DNA from: Chrysomallon squamiferum
Lineage: Eukaryota; Animalia; Mollusca
Assembly: GCA_012295275.1 (NCBI GenBank)
Contig: CM022669.1
Span: 10,974,001 to 11,038,000 of the forward strand
Direction of reading: 5' to 3'
DNA length: 64,000 nt
Positions within the stretch are counted from its first letter, which is position 1. Each line of letters begins with the position of its first letter. The notes under the pieces are model-generated. The model saw only the letters and a list, made by a program, of their open reading frames with translations, searched no databases and had not been told where the DNA came from. The position numbers and the translations under genes were made by a program. This document shows, in pieces, positions 55,243 to 64,000 of the stretch.

Positions 55243-55935
55243 CTGAAAGAAAAAAAAACATTTTTTAATTACTATTATTACAGAAAACTTGTAACAAGAA
55301 AAACATACACTCCCATAACAAATAAAGTGAATTACTACTATAACAAAGACAGTGAAGTAAAAAAAAAAAAAGAGGGAACAATAACAATTTTAAATCACTA
55401 TTCTTATTAAGGAAGGTTGTAGTAAGAAAAGAAAAAAGGTATATTCCCACAACAAATGAATGAATGGAAAATAACCAGGTACCTGGCACTAATTATTAAA
55501 TTGGCTTTTGTGTTATCAAAGATAAATATATTAATGAACCAATATAGCAGAAAATATTGACCTTAATGAAAACAGTAAGAAAAAACATCAATAGATGTAC
55601 TTGTTAATATCATTTTATAGGTACCTTTTAAAGAAAAGCTTAAGAAAAAGTATATATATATATATGCAGTCTCCAAAAGTAATATTTTATGACATTTATG
55701 CATTCACCCTTAATTTAGACTCTGTAATGATATAGCGGTTGTTGTTTTTTTGTTTTTTAAATGTAATTTTACATTTTTGTCCCAGAATACTGCAATTAAC
55801 AAATTTCTCTATAACTGTCCTACTTCTGTACACATTAATGTCAAGAAGTTTCAAAACATTACTATGAACAATTTATCTCAGGAACAGTTTAAGACACCTG
55901 TGATTATTATTTTTGTCAATCCAGGAGAGACCAGG

Positions 55936-55987
55936 AAAGGAATCATGTAAAGGAATCACATAAAGGAATCACGTAAAGGAATCACAT
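55936..55987. repeat. 13-bp tandem repeat x4 (aaaggaatcaYRt) in the last MAU2 intron
   Basis: aaaggaatcatgt aaaggaatcacat aaaggaatcacgt aaaggaatcacat. Confidence 0.9.
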
Positions 55988-56026
55988 ATAAAAATGAAAA
56001 CCTCTGCTCTGTGCAGCTCAGCTCAC

Positions 56027-56154
56027 CTGAATGATGCCGTGCTCAGACATCTGTGATGACTGAAAGTGATCTTTGAGAAGCGACTGGGAGAAACTGGTGT
56101 GCATTCTGTAGCCCTCCGCCTCATTCGCTGAGTCACCACATGATCGGTAGAGAT
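56027..56154 (-). CDS. MAU2: MAU2 penultimate exon: (D)LYRSCGDSANEAEGYRMHTSFSQSLLKDHFQSSQMSEHGIIQ
   Basis: ttttcag|AT ... CAG|gtgagc; 128 nt. Confidence 0.94.
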
Positions 56155-57042
56155 CTGAAAATATTTAACAAATTCAGTATTACAGTCACCATGTAATCAG
56201 TAATGTTATGAAAATATTTAACAAATTCAGTATTACAGTCATCATGCAGTCAGTAATGGTATAAAAATATTTAACAAATTCAGTATTAGTTATGATGTAA
56301 TCTGTAATGATATGAAAATATTTAACAAATTCAGTATTACAGTCACAATGTTAAAATATTTAACAAATTCAGTATTAGTCATGATGTAATCACTAAAGAT
56401 ATGAAAATATTTAAACAATTCAGTATTATGTCACCATGTAATTGGTAATAATATGAAAATATTTAACCAGTTCAGTATTATGTCACCATGTAATTGGTAA
56501 TAATGTGAAAATATTTAACAAATTCAGTATTACAGTCACCATGTAATCAGTAATGTTATGAAAATATTTAACAAATTCAGTATTACAGTCATCATGCAGT
56601 CGGTAATGGTATAAAAATATTTAACAAATTCAGTATTAGTTATGATGTAATCTGTAATGATATGAAAATATTTAACAAATTCAGTATTACAGTCACAATG
56701 TTAAAATATTTAACAAATTCAGTATTAGTCATGATGTAATCACTAAAGATATGAAAATATTTAAACAATTCAGTATTATGTCACCATGTAATTGGTAATA
56801 ATATGAAAATATTTAACCAGTTCAGTATTATGTCACCATGTAATTGGTAATAATGTGAAAATATTTAACAAATTCAGTATTACAGTCATCATGCAGTTGG
56901 TAATGGTATAAAAATATTTAACAAATTCAGTATTAGTTATGATGTAATCAGTAATGATATGAAAATGTTTAACAAATTCAGTATTACAGTCACCAAGCAA
57001 TCAGTGTAGGCTGAAAATATTTAACAAATTCAATATATAGTC
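56131..57042. repeat. Intronic minisatellite (38-53 bp monomers, 18 core copies, 350-bp higher-order period) overlapping the acceptor of the MAU2 penultimate exon
   Basis: Core atatttaacaaattcagtatta at 56161, 56214, 56267, 56318, 56356, 56407, 56459, 56511, ... 57017; the 7-monomer block 56161-56510 is repeated almost perfectly at 56511-56860. Confidence 0.95.
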
Positions 57043-57346
57043 AGTATTAACATACAAACACATAACATACATTACATACATCACTTTAACTATTATAAAA
57101 AAAATTGGAATTATTTTGTGAAAGTCAAATCACATTCCTAGTGCTGTGATATGATTTCTGAGCAAATATGTTGCATACAAACATCTGAAAAATGAATAAC
57201 ATAACTATATTACTGAATGTATAAACTGAACAATGCCTTTTTGAAATTAAAATTCTGATCCAAACAGTAAGTTCGGATTGATTTGTAAAACATGGGGTAA
57301 TGTTCTACCCAGATACAGAACAATTATAATTCATTCAGTTCTCTAC

Positions 57347-57437
57347 CTTTTAGCAGTGAGGATGCCCAGAGCTGGACATGTACATCAGGAATCTTGCCTG
57401 CAAGTTGCATGGCTGGTGTGACCATATTGAGTGCTTC
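57347..57437 (-). CDS. MAU2: MAU2 exon: [30 protein letters not shown]
   Basis: ttgcag|GAA ... AAAG|gtagag; 91 nt; hallmark PAMQLAxKIPD..VQLW. Confidence 0.96.
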
Positions 57438-58012
57438 CTGCAAAGCAAACAATGAAAATGTTGTAACGAAATACAATAAAAATTATTTATTGACAGCATA
57501 ACTAAATTTTTAAATCAGAACTTTCATATATATATATATATATATATTTATACATGTAAAATTTCAATCCATTAATGCCATCCTCAGACATTTGGAATGA
57601 TTAAGAAATTTTTCAAACAGCATATGTTAGATTTGATCATTGTATACTAATTCATAACAAATATATTTAGGTAGCAATAATCAGAATTATAATCACTTTT
57701 CTACAAAGAGGAAATGAAAAACTATTTAAAAGGGAAAACAAATTTTCATACTTTCAGAATTAAACATTGCTTTTGTCCTCTGGCTGAAAATGTCATGAAA
57801 AATGATTTTCTGTCTGTGTGAAAAAAACTTTATAACAGATATGTTACAGTTGAACAACCCAAAAATAACAGCAAAAAAATAATATGAAATTAAAAACACG
57901 TTATCTGTGGCCTACCACTGATGTATCAAATGTCCAGGAATGTGCTTGCTAAACAACAGAGTTAACAAACAAGAAAACAGAGAAGACTACTGTAATATTA
58001 TGGAAAACATAC

Positions 58013-58124
58013 TCTGTTGTTTCCAAGTGACAGAAAGATGTGTCCTAACAGAACAAGAGAACAAGATGTGAGACGGTTAAGATCTTCAGCATTGGACATT
58101 TTCAGAGTTTCTCTGAGATAGCGC
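58013..58124 (-). CDS. MAU2: MAU2 exon: [37 protein letters not shown]
   Basis: tttcag|G ... AGA|gtatgt; 112 nt; hallmark [17 protein letters not shown]. Confidence 0.96.
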
Positions 58125-58654
58125 CTGAAATAGTAAAAAGACTCTATGTAGTAACTTTATTGTGCATGTTTCTTATTACACTTTATTCACATTACATATG
58201 CACACAAGCATAAAAAAAAAAAAAAATTCAGTATAAATTAATTTTGTTTATTTAATATTTCTTTCTTGCATCGTGACCTATTATGTTACATTAAAAGAGT
58301 GATCAAGATATCATTTATCAGAATGAAATTATCAAACTCTCTCTTAAAATGATAATCTCAGAATCATATGAGGGGAGATAACCCTTCCTTGGATAATGTG
58401 ATATGGGCTAGGAATTTATAAGATAACACAAGACATCAAAGCTTATCTCCCATTTAGAAAATATTCAAAAGAAAAAAAAAAAAAAAAATATATATATATA
58501 AATATAATAACAAAATAATAACAATAAAAGAAAGAAAGCAAAAAGAAAGGAAAAATTATTTAAAAAATAAAAAAAATTAAACCATTAATGCCAAAAAATA
58601 AAATAAATGTATAATAGAAAGAAAATTGTTAAATGTCCAGTGTTATATGCATAC

Positions 58655-58732
58655 TTTGCCTCATTGTAGCGAGCCTGGAAAAAGGCCTGTAGGCCTTGAA
58701 CAAAATAAGATGCTGCCTTCAGACTGTGTGAA
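58655..58732 (-). CDS. MAU2: MAU2 exon: SHSLKAASYFVQGLQAFFQARYNEA(K)
   Basis: tttcag|T ... AA|gtatgc; 78 nt; visible inside ORF-track entry 58585..58866. Confidence 0.95.
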
Positions 58733-59055
58733 CTGAAAAGAAACATAAAATAAATAATTAGATAAATATAAAAAATAGGTGTGTACAATGCACAATACCT
58801 GTGAACTACCTTTTGTATGTGAAACTGAAAATAATAATAAATAATTTTAATTTGAAAAAATAACACACATAATCTTTTTCACAGAATCTGAATATTACAC
58901 ATTACAAAAACAACAAAATCAAAATGACAGACCCTGTAACGTACTAATTAATTAAATTGTGACAATTTGTTTTTTTAAAATGAATAACTGTTGTGTAAAA
59001 TCACATCCTATAATGCATGCATATTACTTTTGGTTTAAAAAATGATTGCACTTAC

Positions 59056-59183
59056 TGAGTTTCCATCTTTTCTGGTTCTATTTTGTCCATGAGACTTGAC
59101 AAATCAGCCTGCCGACTTGTCCTCAGATAGACAATGGCAAGATTCAAGTTAACAAAGTTTCTCAAATCCAGCGCTGTTGTTAA
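59056..59183 (-). CDS. MAU2: MAU2 exon: LTTALDLRNFVNLNLAIVYLRTSRQADLSSLMDKIEPEKMET(H)
   Basis: gtttag|TTA ... CA|gtaagt; 128 nt; NLAIVYLR corresponds to the TPR-like helix NLASVYIR. Confidence 0.92.
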
Positions 59184-59330
59184 CTAAACAAAAAAAGACA
59201 AAAAAAACCTAAATATTTGTCATTGTCAACAACATTTTGATGGCATTATAAAAAACATTAATTATCTTAATATCTTTAAAAATGTTGTTTTTTTTAAATT
59301 TCAGAACCAGCAAAATGTTTCTATACTAAC

Positions 59331-59396
59331 CTTTGATGCCATTTTGAACTGAGCCTCTGCTGCCTCCATGCAGTTCATTGACATTGCATACAAACC
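59331..59396 (-). CDS. MAU2: MAU2 exon: GLYAMSMNCMEAAEAQFKMASK
   Basis: ttccag|GGT ... AAG|gttagt; 66 nt. Confidence 0.94.
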
Positions 59397-59514
59397 CTGG
59401 AAAACAATGACATACAGCTTCATCAACACTCACTGTCTTTACAGGACATTTAGGTATTTTTCACTTGTATGACATAAAACACATAAATGCATGCATCTTA
59501 CACAGTGATATGGA

Positions 59515-59654
<140 letters not shown>

Positions 59655-59829
59655 CATTGAATATGAATACACTATCAGATGACAATTCTCAGTAATAAAT
59701 ACATGTATATCAAGCCTAATTCATATATTTTTATAGATAATTTACTTTTCTCTGTATCTAAATGACATTGCATAAAGAGTGAAACACTGTATGTGTCTAG
59801 CTCTGGTGACTGTACAGTTAGTTTCTTAC

Positions 59830-59907
59830 CAGTAACATGTGAATCTGTGCCCCGTGAGTTGTAAAGAGGCGTGGTTGTTGTTGACAGACATGACATGCTT
59901 GGAAAAT
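59830..59907 (-). CDS. MAU2: MAU2 exon: IFQACHVCQQQPRLFTTHGAQIHMLL
   Basis: ttgcag|ATT ... CTG|gtaaga; 78 nt. Confidence 0.94.
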
Positions 59908-60219
59908 CTGCAACAAGAAGACAAGTCTCTCACATTGATATAACACTAATAATTAACTTGTTAAAATTAAAAACTCCCTTTAAACTGTTAATTTAATAAA
60001 ACTGATAATAACTTGTCTTAACTGAAAATAACCAAAACAAGAATCTAATGAATTTGAAATAAGGTGCAAACTATTCCATCATGGGAAAAACAAATTTTTA
60101 TAAAAAGAAGTATCTAAAAATGTGAGATTTACACATTCATAAAAGTTATCAAAATAAGCTGGTGTGATACTGAAATTATAAAATGTAATTTATTTACAAC
60201 ATAAAGATAATTTCGTCAC

Positions 60220-60323
60220 CTCTTGTAAAGCAATGGATTTGTTTCCCATTATCAAACGACACATAACAATGTGTTCCAGCAACATCAGTTGAAACGATGA
60301 CAATAATGGATGACAGTCCAACA
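60220..60323 (-). CDS. MAU2: MAU2 exon: (M)[34 protein letters not shown]
   Basis: tttcag|TG ... GAG|gtgacg; 104 nt; phases consistent. Confidence 0.95.
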
Positions 60324-60587
60324 CTGAAACAAAATAAATAAATAAATAAACAAGGATATAATTATTACAACTGCAAATAAGTAATTATAAATAACAAACA
60401 ATAAGTAAATGGAAATAAATAAATAAAATATAAAAAGATAAGAACCAAACATTTGATAAAATAACTGGACATCTATCACAAAATAATGTTCTAGGATTAT
60501 CAAATTTAATATGATGAGAATTATCATATACACACTTTAGAAGATCTGTTTGAATTTTATTTTATAACAGTGAAAATTTAAATTTAC

Positions 60588-60678
60588 TTTTCAACTTTTC
60601 AATCTGCATGAGTGCTTTGTCAGTATATTTCTGTGCTTTGTCCATGTACCCAGCCTGCATGGAGTGCATCACAGTAAC
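60588..60678 (-). CDS. MAU2: MAU2 exon: [30 protein letters not shown]
   Basis: ttttag|GTT ... AAAA|gtaaat; 91 nt; near-identical to vertebrate MAU2. Confidence 0.95.
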
Positions 60679-61189
60679 CTAAAACATAGTAGATACAAAC
60701 TTTAACACGAAAATTGCTTTTGTTTAATTAAATAACACTGTCTTCAGCACAAACAGTTACTGGGATATAACAGAGTGAAATTAAATGTGAAATGTAAATT
60801 AATATTTCTTTTACATATATCATGCTATTAGTAAAATAAATATAAAATGTATATTAATACATTTCATACAATATTAGTGAATGAAAATGAAATCTAAACT
60901 GATATATTTTATTTAACATGTTATTACTAAAACATCAGGAAAAACACTTTACTGTATTTAAAGTTAAATTGCATATAGTTAAATTGTATCATTTCAGAAC
61001 AATAATAAAATAAATTTTTTTACAAATACTGATTACAGATGAATAACATTCCTCACTCTTCCTGAAAAAAAATTATCACCAAATTTTTATTACAAATCCT
61101 TTCTCACTCTTTTTCTTTTTTTCTTTTTAAAATTGTTTATATCAGTTACTGTTAATTAAAGTGAAGAGAGAAAAAACAAGTTGTCTCAC

Positions 61190-61263
61190 CAAATAAACAA
61201 GGACACACATATGTTCTTTTGGTAACCACTGAAATAGGTCTACAGGGTTGTTTGACAGTGGCT
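61190..61263 (-). CDS. MAU2: MAU2 exon: (E)PLSNNPVDLFQWLPKEHMCVLVYL
   Basis: ttgcag|AG ... TTG|gtgaga; 74 nt; hallmark WLPKEHMCVLVYL. Confidence 0.95.
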
Positions 61264-63464
61264 CTGCAAAAAAAAAAAAAAAAAAAAAATCAATTAATAT
61301 TATATCATATTAAAATCTATTGTTTATAAATCAATAATGAAATTTTTCTGACAAAAAGTCAAAGCCTTAATGAAGCAATTGTATGAAAAATGTGCATGAC
61401 AATTAACTGGCCCAAGTGTCAAAATCAATTATTTACTGCGTCATAACCTAGAAACCCTGATAACAGTGCACCTAAAACACCAGTCTAATGAGTAAATGAA
61501 TTACACTCTGAAATTATCCTATTATAAAAAAACAGTCATTCTAATGTTATGTCATGCAAAAACAAACTAAAAATATGTCTGTTATTAAACAAAAATACAA
61601 CTTCAAAAATAACTTTCACACATTGTTGTGATGAATAACAGAACTTGTAAGTTCAGTGTATTTGTAGACAGTGTAGTAGTGGGGGGAACAGTGAAAAATA
61701 AAAAATTAAATAAATTAAATAAATAAACAACTATTAGTAATTAATACCAGCAGCTGTTACATACAACTGTTCCATTTCTCTGTTAATATCATTCAATCTT
61801 TTCACAAGAACAGACTCTAGAATACACAATAAATATACGTAACTAGGAAATTTTATCCCAGATCTATTTTTACTCTTCTAATTTAAAATTTTAAACAGTG
61901 TTTTTTTTTTTTTTTTTTTTTTTGCAGTAACCAAGTGACAGGTTATAATACATTCAGGTAATAAAGTCTAAAAAAAAAAAAACCCTGATTATTATACATT
62001 TATACATGAATAATATTTTTTAATATCAAAATAAATGTCTGAAACAAAAATTCTGTTTTAAAATATTTTCTATTTGGTGCTGAATATTCAAACCTGCATT
62101 AAAATGATTTGTTATTTTATTTTTGTTGATAAATTTATATAGTAATCTTGGTGAATAACTAAATTAACACTTTTAGAATTAAACAGCACACAGTGAATCA
62201 ACTACATCAACAAAAATGTGTGCTGAAAATCAAAACTTCTTTATGTTACAATCTCACTTGAGCTTATTTATCATATCACCGTAAATAAAAAATATTTCAT
62301 TAAATAAAAGAAATTTACAGTTTTCAGTTATTTCTTTCAAATCTGTACTTGCTGAGATTTGTCCCAAAAAAAAAAAGGCTTCATTAGACTTTTAATGGCA
62401 ATATAATATATTTTTTATAAATTAAATTCAAAATAATTTTCCCACATTTTGTTTTTAAAAATTATTAATATAATAAATTTGAAAATTATACTAATTTTAA
62501 AAATTCAACAGGTGTGAAATTAAAGTGAAAAACCAAACAAGAGACACAGTGATGGGTAAAAGCACATTATTTTACAGAATTAAAACATATATTTAAGAGA
62601 ACAAAATAGGGTTTAGTTCTTGTTTTAATTGAATACTGAAATATAATAGTATATAGAAAATGAAAGTCACAGTAAGTGCAGAAATTGTTAACCAAGACAA
62701 TAATAGTAAATATTTCTGTATAACTTTTGAATTTTTTTACATTAACAGGAAAAAAAATAAAAAAAGGAAATTAGTATTTTAAAGCTATATATTTGAGTGA
62801 ATGTACTAAATGAAAATTTGGTTGTATTCAGTTTTTGCTTATAAATCAGAAATATTCTAACACTCTCCTATTTTTAGAAATAATTAAAATAATAAAAATA
62901 TCAAATTTATTTTCAGAATCCATTTCAAATAATAACAGTTAATGCTGAAAGAAAATAGTTAACTTTTGAAACCTAATCCAATTTTATTTTCCATTTTAGC
63001 TTTAACTTCTTTTTTTTATTTTATGTCATGTACACAGTCAAACCATGGTAAACTTACTTTGTTTTTCACCTACAAATAAAATAATATTTATTCAAAAAAG
63101 TAATGAATTTGTTTTTACTCTCCCAATTCAGGTTTCAGCAAACAGTAATAAAATGTGAAACGCACACAACTTTATATAAGAATTACCATCTCAAGTTTAC
63201 CAAAAGATAGAAAAAAGGAATTTTATGAAACTATTTCCTATCAACTTTTAAAATCCAGTTTTAAATAATAACACTGCAAATGTAGCATTCCTTAAGAACA
63301 ATGCTTTGTGGGTTGTGGTTTTTTTTCATAATCTTGTTTTTTGTACATGTTAAAATATTTTCCAGTCCAGCTTTTAAGACAAAAAACAAAAACAAGCTGG
63401 ATGTGGAAAAGAAAACAAATGTAGAGCTTTTTCCAGAGGGAAAGAGAAAGCATTATACACAGAG

Positions 63465-63509
<45 letters not shown>

Positions 63510-63619
63510 GGGTTTTTTTGTTTTTGTTTTTTTAATTTAATTTTATTTTATTTTATTTAATTTTATTTAATTTTTTTTTTTTTTATTATTATTATTTTTT
63601 TTTATTTAAAGCTACCCAC

Positions 63620-63695
63620 CATCATCTGTGTGAATCTGTGTGATGGTTTGTATACTTTGTTGTAGCTGTTTCAGAGCAGGTTTCACACTCTTCAC
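63620..63695 (-). CDS. MAU2: MAU2 (Scc4, cohesin loader subunit) internal exon: VKSVKPALKQLQQSIQTITQIHTDD; gene continues 5' beyond the window
   Basis: ttttag|GTG ... GATG|gtgggt; 76 nt; matches MAU2 motif VKSVKPCLKQLQQCIQTI. Confidence 0.93.
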
Positions 63696-64000
63696 CTAAA
63701 ACAAAAATTATAAAATTAATTTTATCTGGAGGATAAGGAAGAAAAAAAAAATGTCAGCTTTGCCGATCAACAATTTAAAAGTATTGAGATGAAGATGATT
63801 TACATCAGTGACGTAATTTATAAAATACAGCAAACATCTGATTTATGTGAATTATTTTGCTGATTAAACTAAACTCAATTTTAGTAATGCTAAGTGTAGT
63901 AAAAAAACAAAAACAGTTACAAATATTCAACTAACAGTTTTTATGGTGAATATTATATTATAAGCAATTAATTGCACAAATTGTATAAATGCTTGAAAAT

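Noticed and set aside
56161-57042. CRISPR-like look (constant ~22-bp core with variable intervening sequence)
   Set aside because: The 'spacers' are mutually homologous and duplicated in a 350-bp block, the array lies in a eukaryotic intron, and there are no cas genes; it is a minisatellite.

Overview
AT-rich, microsatellite-laden eukaryotic genomic DNA from an invertebrate animal (probably a mollusc or other lophotrochozoan; inferred, not proven). Two spliced minus-strand protein-coding genes were reconstructed by hand with consistent GT-AG sites and phases. (1) A complete GATAD2/p66 (simjang; NuRD subunit) CDS, join(42867-42824, 40905-40792, 40106-38333), 643 aa, with a probable non-coding first exon and promoter at ~44.47-44.80 kb. 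(2) The last 12 coding exons of MAU2/Scc4 (cohesin loader), 63695-55180; its 5' part lies beyond the window. The MAU2->GATAD2 tandem arrangement matches my recollection of human MAU2->GATAD2A. The first ~35 kb has no recognisable coding exon but holds CpG-retaining, motif-dense islands (CRE, E-box, Grainyhead-like, GCAGACGAC clusters), candidate first exons, old SINE fragments and degenerate tandem arrays. Several arrays look like amplifications of functional elements; the clearest is an 18-copy array of a MAU2 splice acceptor in which only the two end copies keep the AG. Nearly all other ORFs in the track are simple-repeat artefacts. No prokaryote-type system (CRISPR etc.) is supported.
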